Below, piece by piece: positions 19,247 to 28,953 of a DNA stretch of 64,000 nt. How positions within the stretch are numbered: position 1 is the first letter of the stretch; the number at the start of each line of letters is the position of its first letter. This stretch comes from Planctomycetota bacterium (GTDB lineage: Bacteria > Planctomycetota > PLA2 > JAEUHO01), in the NCBI GenBank assembly GCA_030065025.1, contig JASJDY010000015.1, positions 2,281-66,280 on the forward strand, in the 5' to 3' direction. The position numbers and the translations under genes were made by a program. A model generated the notes under the pieces. It was not told where the DNA came from. It did no database searches and saw only the letters and a program-made list of their open reading frames with translations.

Positions 19247-20935
19247 ATGGCACGCACCACCCGCCTACCGGCCTTGCTGCTCATCGCTGCCGGACTGCTC
19301 CTCCCCGCCGGCGTCGCAGACGCCGAGCTTCCGGAGTGGAGGCCGCTCGAGAGCGAGTTCAAGAAGGGCTTCAAGCCCGACAAGTCCGGTCTCCAGACCC
19401 GCTCCGGCCTCGTGAAGAAGCTCGCGCGCAGCAAGGACGGGCGCGCGGTGAAGCTGCTCATGGACGCCCTCAAGCGCCAGCGCCGCCACGCCGCCGATCT
19501 GCTCGCTGCGTACGACGAAGGCATGCAGGCGTGGCAGGAGAAGACGTCGCGGCTGGAGCGCCAGCGCGAAGAGCGCGTGCGCAAGCACAGGGAGCGCTAC
19601 GAGAAGAAGGGTGAGAAGCCGCCGCCCTTCAGCGTCAACCTCAACAGCGAAGAGGGCAAGTGGCTCGGTGCGCTGCCGAAGCACCCGGGCGAGATGATCA
19701 AGGCCCGTGAGCGCCTCATGCAGCGCTACGACCGTGCGATGCAGGAGCACGACCTCGTGCGCGCCGTGAAGATGGCCGCGATCCGCGTCCTGCGCGACGT
19801 GAAGGGCGAAGAGTTCGACAAGGCCGTGAAGGAGCTGCTGCGTGTGGCCGCTCGCGGCAAGGGTCCCGAGCAGGCCGAGCTCGTGGCGACGCTGGGCTAC
19901 GTACGCGGCGATGCCGTGACGGACATTCTGATCAAGCACGCGGAGTCGCGGGATCCGCATCTGCAGCACGCTGCGCTCGAAGCTCTCGGCCGCCAGAACA
20001 GCGAACGCGGCAAGGATGTCCTGCTGCGCGCACTCGAGAACGAGTCGTGGCAGGTGCGCTCGTCTGCGCTTGACGGCCTGGTCTTCTACCGCGACGTGGC
20101 GGTGATGGACGCGCTTCTGGCTCGGGCCGCCAAGGAGGAAGGCGTCGTTCGCAGGCGGATCTTCCAGACGATGTCGGCCATCGTCGGCGAGACCGTCAAG
20201 GCGGTCCTCGAAGCCTGGCAGTCCTGGTGGCCGTCCAACCGCGACGACGTGATCGCACGTTGGAAGCGCATCCCGCGCGAAGGTCCGGTGCTGGACGATC
20301 CGCCGCGCATGCCGGTCAAGACGGAGGCAAACGCCGACAGCACGTCGTTCTACGGCATCCGTACGGACAGCAAGCACATCATCTTCGTCGCCGACATCTC
20401 CGGCTCGATGCGCCGAACCGACGACGATCCCAAGGACAAGCCGGCGAAGATCGACGTGTGCCGCGACGAGCTCAAGAAGGCGATCCGCGGGCTCTCTGCG
20501 CGCGACGAGGACGAGCGCGGCGCTGCCAGCTTCAACGTGGTGCTCTTCTCGACGGACGTGCTGGTCTACAAGCCCGGCAAGATGGTCGTCGCCACGAAGA
20601 AGAACAAGGAGAAGGTCTACGACTGGATCGACAAGCACGTCCAGGCGGACATGCAGACCAACATCTACGACGCCATGGTGCAGGCCTTCAACATCATCAG
20701 CGGCACGAGCGCGAGCAAGAACCGCGACAAGGGCGCCGACACGGTGTTCCTGATGACGGACGGCGCACCCTCGCGTGGCAAGTTCATCCGCCCGGGCGTG
20801 ATCCTGCGCGAGGTCAACAAGATGAACAAGTCGCGCGGCATCACGATCCACACCATCGGCGTGGGCGAGAACCACAACAAGGGGTTCCTGGAGCGCCTGG
20901 CGACCGACAACGGCGGGCAATACCTAGCTCGCTGA
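19247..20935 (+). CDS. Secreted HEAT-repeat protein with a C-terminal von Willebrand factor A (vWA) domain.
   Basis: It has a signal peptide, HEAT-like repeats (HAESRDPHLQHAALEALG) and a vWA MIDAS motif (IIFVADISGSMRR...LMTDGAPS). Confidence 0.65.
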   Translation: MARTTRLPALLLIAAGLLLPAGVADAELPEWRPLESEFKKGFKPDKSGLQTRSGLVKKLARSKDGRAVKLLMDALKRQRRHAADLLAAYDEGMQAWQEKTSRLERQREERVRKHRERYEKKGEKPPPFSVNLNSEEGKWLGALPKHPGEMIKARERLMQRYDRAMQEHDLVRAVKMAAIRVLRDVKGEEFDKAVKELLRVAARGKGPEQAELVATLGYVRGDAVTDILIKHAESRDPHLQHAALEALGRQNSERGKDVLLRALENESWQVRSSALDGLVFYRDVAVMDALLARAAKEEGVVRRRIFQTMSAIVGETVKAVLEAWQSWWPSNRDDVIARWKRIPREGPVLDDPPRMPVKTEANADSTSFYGIRTDSKHIIFVADISGSMRRTDDDPKDKPAKIDVCRDELKKAIRGLSARDEDERGAASFNVVLFSTDVLVYKPGKMVVATKKNKEKVYDWIDKHVQADMQTNIYDAMVQAFNIISGTSASKNRDKGADTVFLMTDGAPSRGKFIRPGVILREVNKMNKSRGITIHTIGVGENHNKGFLERLATDNGGQYLAR

Positions 20936-21055
20936 CGCGAGGGATCTCGCTCGCTGACGCGAGGGACCTTGCTCGCTGACGCGAGGGATCTCGCTCGCTA
21001 GCGCGAGGGACTTGGCTCGCTGACGCAAGGACCTAGCTCGCTGACCCGAACGCAA
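20928..21055. repeat. Six tandem copies of a 22-nt unit (CTCGCTGACGCGAGGGAYCTYG), each with the internal palindrome CTCGC-TGAC-GCGAG.
   Basis: Direct reading finds unit starts at about 20928, 20950, 20972, 20994, 21016 and 21037, so the period is 22 and the last copies are degenerate. The first copy overlaps the TGA stop of the upstream gene. Confidence 0.75.
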
Positions 21056-21191
21056 GCGCGGGAGATTCCGCACTCGGGCTGCGCGCGGCGACCCAGTGCG
21101 CAGTCCGTGTGCGCCCTAGCCGCCTGACATCCGCCACGGCACGGCAGGTGTAGGGGTTCCCCTGCGCTGCGCCGCGACCGGAGGATCCGCC

Positions 21192-21605
21192 ATGGCGTTC
21201 ACGGTCCGTCGCAGCAACTACTACTACATGTCGATCAAGGACGAACCCGGCGAGGGGCACCGCGTCCTCAACAGCTTCGCGGGACTCGGCGTGAACCTGC
21301 TCGCCTTCACGGCCATACCCCTGGGGCCCACGCGCACGCAGTTCGCTCTGTTCCCGGACGATGAGGGCAAGCTCCGCCACGCGGCCGAGCAGGCCGGCGC
21401 TCCGCTGGACGGTCCGCACCCCGCCCTGCTCGTGCAGGGCGATGATGAGCTCGGCGTGCTCGCGAACATCCACGCCCTGCTGCACCAGGCCGACGTGGAC
21501 GTCTACGCCTCGACCGCGGTGACCGACGGCCGCGGCAGCTTCGGCTACATCCTGTACGTCCAGCCCGGGCAGTACGACCGCGCGGCGGCGGCGCTCGACA
21601 TCTGA
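21192..21605 (+). CDS. Small hypothetical protein (137 aa, possibly ACT-like).
   Basis: It is an ORF with protein-like composition sitting at the head of the long co-directional array. No confident family assignment was made. Confidence 0.4.
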   Translation: MAFTVRRSNYYYMSIKDEPGEGHRVLNSFAGLGVNLLAFTAIPLGPTRTQFALFPDDEGKLRHAAEQAGAPLDGPHPALLVQGDDELGVLANIHALLHQADVDVYASTAVTDGRGSFGYILYVQPGQYDRAAAALDI

Positions 21606-21807
21606 ACCGCGAGGGGGAGGCCGCCGTTGTCCCCCACAGGGCACCGCTGCGTGCCGGCCACGAGACGGTGCGCAAGCCCATGGGGTCGAACGGCGTCCAT
21701 GCTGGTGGCGTCCGCGCGGATTCCCGGATCTGACAGACCTGTTGCACAACGACGGCTACGATTCGTTGCAAGATGCATCTGGGTGATCCGCTCAGGGTGG
21801 AGGTTGC

Positions 21808-23814
21808 ATGCCCCGGTCTCGACACGCACTCCGTGGCCCTGTCGCCGCCCTGCTCGTGCTCTCCCTGCTGAGTGCCGCCCTGCTGCTGGGGCCGGTCGTC
21901 CGGCCCGCGGAGGCCAAGGAGAAGCTGAAGCCGCTCGCCACGAACCAGATGAACCGCGGCGACCAGCTGGGCTTCAACTGGGATCCGAACACCCAGGGCG
22001 TCATCCGCGACGGCACGAACGACTGCTTCGACGGCGCCATGAACATGAAGGTGAACGGCGGCGACTTCCGCGCCAGCGGGCCGCCGATGCAGACCAAGGA
22101 CGGCGGCGAGTACGTTCTGCGGGGCGCGGTGGGCGACATCGCGATCACGCGTCGCATCCGTCTCGACCTCGTCAAGGGCGCCGCCCGCTACGTCGAGGTC
22201 CTGCAGAACAAGAGCAAGCGGGCCGTCACCGTGACCCTCGAGATGCGCTCGATGCTCGGCAGCAGTTGCCAGCAGGTGATGACGGATCAGGGTCGCGGCG
22301 TCCTCAACGGCCCGCTGGAGAAGAAGGAGTCCGGCCTGATCGCCGTCCACGGCGGCGGCTCGCGACCCAGCGTCCTGTTCCAGCTGCGGACGCCCCGCTC
22401 GAAGGTCGTGCCGCAGATCCAGGTCAAGAGCAACCGCACGTTCACCTTCACCTGGGTCGTCAAGATCGCTGCCGGCAAGTCGGCCGCAGTGCTTCACAGC
22501 GTCGCGCAACGACGTTGGGGCGGCCCGCCCATGGGCAAGCAACTGAAGGCCGAGTTCGAGCCGTTCCTCGAGCGCAAGTGGGCAGCGGGGCTGCCCGGCG
22601 CGGTGCGCAGTGCACTCGTCAACCACGTCGGCTCGGCCGGCGGCACGGCCTCCCTCTCCGCGAACCGCCCGGCCGACCAGGCGATTCGCGAGGTCGCGGC
22701 GGCCTACGAGGTTGAGCGCGGCGACGACTCCGTCGTGCTCATCGAGCGCGACAAGCCGCTCAAGGGCGAGGTGCTGGGCGAGACGCTGCAGGTCGCGACG
22801 CGGCTCGGCGAGGCGAGCGTGCCCTTCGATGAGGTCGCGGTGCTGCTGGGCGGCGCGAACCGCGGTCGCTCGATGCGGCTGTACCTGCGCGACGGCGAGG
22901 TGCTCGCAGGCGCCGTCCGCGCCGAGCAGCTTCAGTTCGTCACGCAGGCCGGTCTCGAGATCCCGCTCGATCCCGCCGGGATCGATGCGCTCTTCCTCCC
23001 CAAGGACGCAGCGGACGGGAAGCTCAAGCCGGGCTCGGCGGCCTTCCTCACGCAGCTCGACGGCACACGACTCGCGCTAGCCAAGGCGGAAGGCGGGCAG
23101 CTCGACGCCGTCACGCCGTGGGGCGATCTCGACCTCCCGCTGGAGGAGGCGGTCCGCATCGACTTCATGCGCGAGCCCGTGCCGGGGCTCTGGATCCTCA
23201 CGCGCAACGGCTCCCGCGTTCCCGTCGCGATCCAGGGTGGCTCCCTGAAGGTCGAGAGCCTGCGCTTCGGTCCTGTCGAGGTGGAGCCCGGCTCCATCGC
23301 TGCGTGGCAGCGCAACGGCGTCGACGTTCCGCTCGCCAAGAACGAGGATGGCGAGACGACGGGCCCGCTGGCGACGCACACGCGCCTGGCCGGCGAGTGC
23401 TTCCTCGTCGGCGCGCTGGCCGACGAGCAGCTTCACGCCGACACCCTCGCCGGCTCGACCGCCATCCGGATCGACCAGATCCTGAAGATCGAACGCGACG
23501 ACGAGGACGAGAGCATCCGCCCGGCCTTCGTGTTCACGCTGAAGTCGGGCGAGACCCTGAACGGGCGGCTCCGTGAGCGACTGATCTCGGTGCAGACGCC
23601 GTACGGGCTCTGCCGCGCCCCAGTGCTCCACCTCCGCGGCTACCGCTGGTATCCGCCCCCCGCGGAGCCCGGGCCGGATGAACCGGGAGACGGCAAGGTG
23701 GACGAGGCCAAGCCGGAGGACGCGAAGCCCGAGAGCGGAGACGCGCCCAAGGACGCCCCGCCGAAGGACAGTGCCCCGAAGAAGGACGCGCCCGGCGGGA
23801 AGGGGGGCAACTGA
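21808..23814 (+). CDS. Secreted hypothetical protein, paralog A (668 aa).
   Basis: It has a signal peptide and is clearly paralogous to the next gene (YLRDGEVLAGAVRAEQLQF versus YLRDGQKLVGAITAKALRF). Its C-terminus is low-complexity and Pro/Lys/Asp-rich. Confidence 0.55.
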   Translation: MPRSRHALRGPVAALLVLSLLSAALLLGPVVRPAEAKEKLKPLATNQMNRGDQLGFNWDPNTQGVIRDGTNDCFDGAMNMKVNGGDFRASGPPMQTKDGGEYVLRGAVGDIAITRRIRLDLVKGAARYVEVLQNKSKRAVTVTLEMRSMLGSSCQQVMTDQGRGVLNGPLEKKESGLIAVHGGGSRPSVLFQLRTPRSKVVPQIQVKSNRTFTFTWVVKIAAGKSAAVLHSVAQRRWGGPPMGKQLKAEFEPFLERKWAAGLPGAVRSALVNHVGSAGGTASLSANRPADQAIREVAAAYEVERGDDSVVLIERDKPLKGEVLGETLQVATRLGEASVPFDEVAVLLGGANRGRSMRLYLRDGEVLAGAVRAEQLQFVTQAGLEIPLDPAGIDALFLPKDAADGKLKPGSAAFLTQLDGTRLALAKAEGGQLDAVTPWGDLDLPLEEAVRIDFMREPVPGLWILTRNGSRVPVAIQGGSLKVESLRFGPVEVEPGSIAAWQRNGVDVPLAKNEDGETTGPLATHTRLAGECFLVGALADEQLHADTLAGSTAIRIDQILKIERDDEDESIRPAFVFTLKSGETLNGRLRERLISVQTPYGLCRAPVLHLRGYRWYPPPAEPGPDEPGDGKVDEAKPEDAKPESGDAPKDAPPKDSAPKKDAPGGKGGN

Positions 23815-25817
23815 TGCGCCATCTTCCGCTCGCCCTGCTCGCTCTCGCCTCGCTGGCGCTGCTCGGTACAGGTCCCGATGCCGCGGCGGCCGAGAAGCTC
23901 GTACCGGCCAACTACCGGGCGCAGAACGACGTCCACGGCATGGCCTACACCTGCGACCAGCACGGCCGCGTGCAGTCGCAGTACGGCTGGCTCTACTCCG
24001 GATTCACGATCAACCGCAGCGGGCTGAACGTACAGCGGCGTCTCATGAAGCCCGGTGGCGGAGAGTACGTCCTCGAGGGCCGGATCGGCGCGATCGAGGT
24101 GCAGCGCCGCTTCAAGGTCGACCGCAAGCTGGGCGGCGTGCGCGTCGTGGAGGTGCTGCGCAACACCTCCGCCCAGCCGGTGCAGGCCTCCGTCATCGTC
24201 TTCGCACAGCTGAACAGCCGCTACCAGCGGGTGGTTACGAACACCGGCCGGGCCGTGTCGGGCGTGCTGCAGAAGAAGGAGTCCGGGGTCGCGGGCCTCA
24301 TGCGCTCTCCGGTCCAGGGCGCGGCGCTCTACTACCTCTGCAGCGCATCGAGCCGGGTGAAGCCCTCGGTGCTCAACAGCAACAATCACCAGCTGCAGTT
24401 CCACTACAACCTCCAGCTGCCTCCGCGCTCCCGCGTGGCGCTGGCCCACGGGGGCGTCATCCTGCGCATGGCCTCGATGCCGTCCCCCTCGGCCTTGGAC
24501 AAGCACTTCAAGCCCTTCCGCAGCCGGCGCTGGACACGCGACCTGCCGAAGGACGTGCGTCGCGGTCTCGTCAACACGCGCTCGCGCGGCGCAGGCTCCG
24601 ACGGCGGCATCCCGACGATCGAGCAGGTCCTGGAGATCCCCCCGACCTCCCTCGACCAGCTGGCCTTCTCGGACCAGACGCTTCTGCAGGGCACGGCGAC
24701 CTGCGCGCAGCTGGAGGTGGAGACGGCGCATGGACGGGTCGACGTGCCGTTCGATCGCGTCGCCGCGCTCGTCGGCTCGCGCCACGCCCAGCTCGAGCCG
24801 CGCGTCTACCTGCGCGACGGCCAGAAGCTGGTCGGGGCCATCACCGCCAAGGCCCTACGCTTCGAGATGTCCTCGGGCATGGCGATCGACCTCGACATCG
24901 AGAAGGTCGACCGCCTCGTCCTGCGCGAGAAGACGCGCAAGTCCGGCGATGCCGAGGGGGACTCCCCGGCGCTCGTGCCGGCAGGCGCCGACGTCGCGTA
25001 CCTGATCGAGACCTTCGAGGGCAACCGCCTGCGCACGGAGAAGGAGACCGAGTCCATCCGTGTGGCCACGCAGTGGGGCGAGATGACGATCGCCATCGAG
25101 GAGCTGCAGCGCCTCTACCTCGCCGGCGAGGACCTGCCCGGGTACTGGGTGGAGTTGCGCGACGAGAGCCGCTTCCGTGCCTTCGTGCGCGACGGTCCGC
25201 TCGCCATGAAGAGCGACCTCTTCGGTAGCGTGACGTTCCGTCCGCACCAGATCCGCCGGATCGCCGTCGTGCGTCGCAAGCGCCCGGGTCAGGAAGACGA
25301 CATCGGCGAGCTCCTGCGCCCCCACCTGGTCCTCGCAGGCGGTGACCTGTTCGTCGGCCGCATCGACCTGGACGCGCTCCACTTCCTCGCCCCCGGGGGC
25401 ACCGTGCCGCAGCCGCCGTCGCAGCTGCGCGTGCTCCACAACGAGCTGGACGGCGAGCGGCCCGGGCCCGCTGACACGTTGCGCTTCAGGGCGGAGGTCT
25501 GGGGCGGCGGCCACATCACCGGTGAGCTACGCGAGCTCGTGGTCCCTGTGGAGACCGCACGCGGAACGCTGCGCGTTCCCGTCCGCGACATCGTGGACGT
25601 GCTCGTCCCCACCCCCATCGTCCCCGAGGTCCTGCGCGTCCGCATCCGCACGCTCATCCGCGACCTCGGGCACCCGAGCTGGGAGAAGCGCGAGGCCGCG
25701 AGCTCCGCGCTGGCCGAGCTCGGCGAGCTGACCAAGCAGTCCCTGCAGCAGGCGCTGCGGGAGACCAAGGACCCCGAAGTCGAACGCCGCATTCGCAGGC
25801 TTCTGGACAAGATCTAG
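23814..25817 (+). CDS. Secreted hypothetical protein, paralog B (667 aa) with a C-terminal HEAT-like motif.
   Basis: It has a signal peptide (MRHLPLALLALASLALLG). Its start overlaps the stop of paralog A by 1 nt (TGATG). The C-terminus reads SWEKREAASSALAELGELTKQ. Confidence 0.55.
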   Translation: MRHLPLALLALASLALLGTGPDAAAAEKLVPANYRAQNDVHGMAYTCDQHGRVQSQYGWLYSGFTINRSGLNVQRRLMKPGGGEYVLEGRIGAIEVQRRFKVDRKLGGVRVVEVLRNTSAQPVQASVIVFAQLNSRYQRVVTNTGRAVSGVLQKKESGVAGLMRSPVQGAALYYLCSASSRVKPSVLNSNNHQLQFHYNLQLPPRSRVALAHGGVILRMASMPSPSALDKHFKPFRSRRWTRDLPKDVRRGLVNTRSRGAGSDGGIPTIEQVLEIPPTSLDQLAFSDQTLLQGTATCAQLEVETAHGRVDVPFDRVAALVGSRHAQLEPRVYLRDGQKLVGAITAKALRFEMSSGMAIDLDIEKVDRLVLREKTRKSGDAEGDSPALVPAGADVAYLIETFEGNRLRTEKETESIRVATQWGEMTIAIEELQRLYLAGEDLPGYWVELRDESRFRAFVRDGPLAMKSDLFGSVTFRPHQIRRIAVVRRKRPGQEDDIGELLRPHLVLAGGDLFVGRIDLDALHFLAPGGTVPQPPSQLRVLHNELDGERPGPADTLRFRAEVWGGGHITGELRELVVPVETARGTLRVPVRDIVDVLVPTPIVPEVLRVRIRTLIRDLGHPSWEKREAASSALAELGELTKQSLQQALRETKDPEVERRIRRLLDKI

Positions 25818-25849
25818 TTCGTCCGATCCACTAGAAAAGGCCCTGCCTC

Positions 25850-27295
25850 ATGATTCACGCCGATCCCCGCCCGGCCAAGCCGCCCCCCGAGGCGGACGCT
25901 GCCGCGCCGTTCCTGGGGCTGTCGCGTCGCGTCGAGCGCCGCATCTGGACGGCCCGCTGGCTCGACGCGCTCCGCGCCACGGCACTGCCCCTCTTCGGCC
26001 TGGCGGTCGTGGGCCTCGCCGCCGCCTGGCTGACTGGCACGAGCGAGCTGCCCGTCATCGCCCGTGCGGTCTTCGCCACAGCCATCGTGGCCGTGCTCCT
26101 GTGGGTCGCCGGCTGTGCCGTCTGGAGCCGCCTGCGCGACCCGGGTCACACCGCCGCCCTCGCCCTCTTCGACGAGCGCTCGGGCACGCATGAGATGTTC
26201 GTCTCCGCCTACGCCCTGGCGCGCGACCCCCAGCGGGGGCCCGGCGCGGAGCTCCACCTGCGGCGGGCTCACGCCGCCCTCGAGTCGGCAGCACGCAAGC
26301 TCGACGAGGCCGTGCCCGTGCGGGCCGCTCCCGCGAGCATCGTGGCACCGTTCGTGTTCCTGGTCGTCGCCTTCTTCGGGCTGCCGGCAGCAGCGCTGCC
26401 CCCGGCCGAGGAAGACGCCACGGAGCAGGCCGCCGTCGTCGGCGAGTCGCTCGACGAGGAAGCCCGCACGCTGGAGAAGCTCGAGAAGGGCCTCTCCGAC
26501 GAGGAGCGCGAGAAGCTCGAAGAGCTGAAGGCAAAGCTCAAGGACAGCGCCCAGAAGATGGCCAACCTGGAGAAGGACAAGTCCGCGCGCGACGTCCTGC
26601 AGGAGCTGGAGAAGCGCGCCCGCGACGCCGAGAAGCTGGCGGAGATGCTGGGCGCCGGCAGCGAGAAGCTGACGAGCGCCATGCTCGCCGAGCTGGAGCG
26701 CCACGCTGACACGGCGGAACTCGCCGGCGCACTGCGCGGCCAGAAGCTCGACGACGCATCCACCGAGTCGCAGAAGCTGGCGCGCCGGTTGCGCGCCGAG
26801 AACCTCTCCCTCGAAGCGCGCAAGCGCATCGAGAGCGCCTTCACGAAGGGCCTCGAGGCCGCGACGGCGGACGACCTCAAGACGCTGCTCGGACAGCACA
26901 TGACGGCGGCGCAGGCCGAGCTCGACGAGAGCAAGCCCCAGCGTGCCGCCGACGAGTTCGATCGTCTCGCGCGCCGCTATCAGCAGATGGCCCGGCGGCT
27001 GCGCAACATGGACGCGCTCAAGCGCCTCGCGCAGAACCTGCGCGCGTCCGGCCAGAAGGCCCTCGGCAACAATCAGGGCGCGATGCGGCGCATCGCCGGC
27101 CTCTCGAAGGGCGGCCTCTCGCGCGTCGGCTCGCAGCCTGTGAAGTTCTCGCTGGGCAGCCAGCGCCCGGGCAGCAACAACTCGTCCAGCACTCCGGGAA
27201 CGGGTCAGCCGGGCAACAACTCGAACAGCGGGCAGAACAGCGGCGCACCCGTTCCTGGAACCGCTGGACCGCCCAAGCCTCCGTGCCCGACCTGA
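25850..27295 (+). CDS. Membrane coiled-coil protein (TM helices plus a long Glu/Lys/Ala-rich coiled coil plus a G/S/N/P-rich tail). It ends at the first of four in-frame TGA codons; possibly a disrupted longer gene.
   Basis: It has 3-4 TM helices near the N-terminus and then a coiled-coil region. Protein-like coding continues in the same frame to 27826. Confidence 0.5.
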   Translation: MIHADPRPAKPPPEADAAAPFLGLSRRVERRIWTARWLDALRATALPLFGLAVVGLAAAWLTGTSELPVIARAVFATAIVAVLLWVAGCAVWSRLRDPGHTAALALFDERSGTHEMFVSAYALARDPQRGPGAELHLRRAHAALESAARKLDEAVPVRAAPASIVAPFVFLVVAFFGLPAAALPPAEEDATEQAAVVGESLDEEARTLEKLEKGLSDEEREKLEELKAKLKDSAQKMANLEKDKSARDVLQELEKRARDAEKLAEMLGAGSEKLTSAMLAELERHADTAELAGALRGQKLDDASTESQKLARRLRAENLSLEARKRIESAFTKGLEAATADDLKTLLGQHMTAAQAELDESKPQRAADEFDRLARRYQQMARRLRNMDALKRLAQNLRASGQKALGNNQGAMRRIAGLSKGGLSRVGSQPVKFSLGSQRPGSNNSSSTPGTGQPGNNSNSGQNSGAPVPGTAGPPKPPCPT

Positions 27296-27826
27296 GCGTC
27301 GAAGAGTGGGCAGGCGGGTCCGCCTCCGATTCCCGGCACGCGCCCAGGCAGCGGCGGTCAGCCGCCGACACCCGGCACCCCGCCTGGCGGCACCTGAAGC
27401 AGCCAGAGCGGCGGCACCTGAAGCGGCTCGGGTGGTACCTGAGGCGGTTCAGGTGCGGGCTCCAGTTCGGGGTCCACAGGCAGCAGCGGCGGATCGACCG
27501 GCAGTCAGGGCGGTGGTGGCACCGGCGGCCTGACGGCCGGCACGGGGACGGCCGGGCTCGGCAGCTCCCCCACGCGCCGGCTGAAGACGAACAAGGACGA
27601 GACCGTCGAGGCGCGCATCGGCAACGACGGTCCCTCCACGATGTCCGTGCGCGATCCGCAGGATCGCCGCGAGCGTTCCACGCGCAGCAAGCGCGACATC
27701 GCCATCGAGTTCTTGAAGGTGCAGGAGGAGGCGCTGGCGTCCGAGCCGCTGCCCCTCTCGCGCCGTGAGCACGTCTTGCGCTACTTCACGGCCTTGCGCA
27801 AGCAGCTGGAGTCCGAGAGCAAGTGA
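27296..27826 (+). pseudogene. In-frame continuation of the upstream gene: a G/S/T/P linker with TGA codons at about 27395, 27419 and 27440, then a conserved-looking C-terminal module ending in a TGA that overlaps the MoxR GTG.
   Basis: It is in the same reading frame as 25850-27295. Translation reads ...GGT*SSQSGGT*SGSGGT*GGSGAG...TRRLKTNKDETVEARIGNDGPSTMSVRDPQDRRERSTRSKRDIAIEFLKVQEEALASEPLPLSRREHVLRYFTALRKQLESESK. The other two frames are Arg-rich nonsense. Confidence 0.4.
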
Positions 27827-28953
27827 CGCCCACGCGGGGGCGTCCTCCGCCCCCGCAGCGCACTCCGCTCGCCCCGCGCCGGCCGGCGCACCCCAGGGAG
27901 GTTCCCGTGACGACCAACGACAACGACGCGGCAACGGCCACCGTCCAACCCGAGAAGCTCGAGGCCCGCTTCGCGGAGTTCCGGGAGCGCTTCGCCGCGA
28001 TGCAGACGGAGCTGCAGCGGGCGATCGTCGGCTACGAGGAGATGCTCCAGGACGTGCTCGTGGCCATCGTGTCGCATGGCCACGTGCTCCTCGAAGGCGT
28101 GCCCGGCCTCGGCAAGACGTACCTCGTGCGCATGCTCGCCCGGGCGCTCGGCGTGCAGTTCGGTCGCGTGCAGTGCACGCCCGACCTGATGCCCGCTGAC
28201 ATCCTCGGCACGCACATCGTCAACGAGGACAGCAGCGGCCACCGCGCCTTCTCGTTCGAGAAGGGCCCGGTGTTCACGAACCTGCTGCTCGTCGACGAGA
28301 TCAACCGCGCGACCCCGAAGACGCAGGCCGCCCTGCTCGAGGTCATGCAGGAGGAGCACGTGACCGTCGGCGGCGAGACGTTCTCGCTGCCGCGTCCCTT
28401 CTTCGTGATGGCGACGCAGAACCCGCTGGAGATGGAAGGCACCTATCCCCTGCCCGAAGCGCAGCTGGACCGTTTCTTCTACAAGCTCAAGGTCCCCTAC
28501 CCGAGCCAGGCCGAGCTCGTCGAGATCTCGCGCCGCACGACCGGTGCACAGGAGCCCGAGCTCGACGTCTCGATGCAGGGCGAAGAGCTGATCGCCTTCC
28601 AGGACCTCCTCAAGCACGTCCCGGTCGCCGATCCGCTGGCGTCCTACGCGGCGGCGCTCGTCCTTGCCTCGCACCCCGAGGAGAAGGACGGTCCCGTTGC
28701 CGACGTCAAGCGATTCGTGTCGTACGGGGCCAGCCCGCGCGGCATGCAGACGCTCATCCGGGCCGCACGCGTCCACTGCGTCCTCGACGGCCGCACCGCC
28801 GTCTCGATCGCCGACATCCAGCGCGTCGCGAAGCCCGCCCTGCGACATCGCATCCTCCTCAACTTCGAAGGCGAGGCCGAGGCCGTGGACGTGGACGGCG
28901 TCATCGACCAGATGCTCAAGGGTGTCCCGACGCCCGCGGGAGACGCTGCATGA
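27823..28953 (+). CDS. MoxR-family AAA+ ATPase.
   Basis: It has Walker A (LLEGVPGLGKT), Walker B (LLVDEINRA), the MoxR-type second region (VMATQNPLEMEGTYPLPEAQLDRF) and a C-terminal helical domain. Confidence 0.8.
   Translation: MTPTRGRPPPPQRTPLAPRRPAHPREVPVTTNDNDAATATVQPEKLEARFAEFRERFAAMQTELQRAIVGYEEMLQDVLVAIVSHGHVLLEGVPGLGKTYLVRMLARALGVQFGRVQCTPDLMPADILGTHIVNEDSSGHRAFSFEKGPVFTNLLLVDEINRATPKTQAALLEVMQEEHVTVGGETFSLPRPFFVMATQNPLEMEGTYPLPEAQLDRFFYKLKVPYPSQAELVEISRRTTGAQEPELDVSMQGEELIAFQDLLKHVPVADPLASYAAALVLASHPEEKDGPVADVKRFVSYGASPRGMQTLIRAARVHCVLDGRTAVSIADIQRVAKPALRHRILLNFEGEAEAVDVDGVIDQMLKGVPTPAGDAA

Noticed and set aside
20928-21055. The tandem repeat considered as a CRISPR array.
   Set aside because: The repeats are contiguous with no unique spacers. 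The unit is 22 nt with period 22 and there are no cas genes nearby, so it is a simple tandem or REP-like repeat.
27293-27442. Genome-wide TGA reassignment, or selenocysteine, as the explanation for the in-frame TGAs.
   Set aside because: TGA functions as the stop for many confident genes in this window (pelB, the vWA gene, MoxR's neighbour). No SECIS-like context was evident. Four Sec residues in a Gly/Ser linker is implausible. A local pseudogene or readthrough is more likely.
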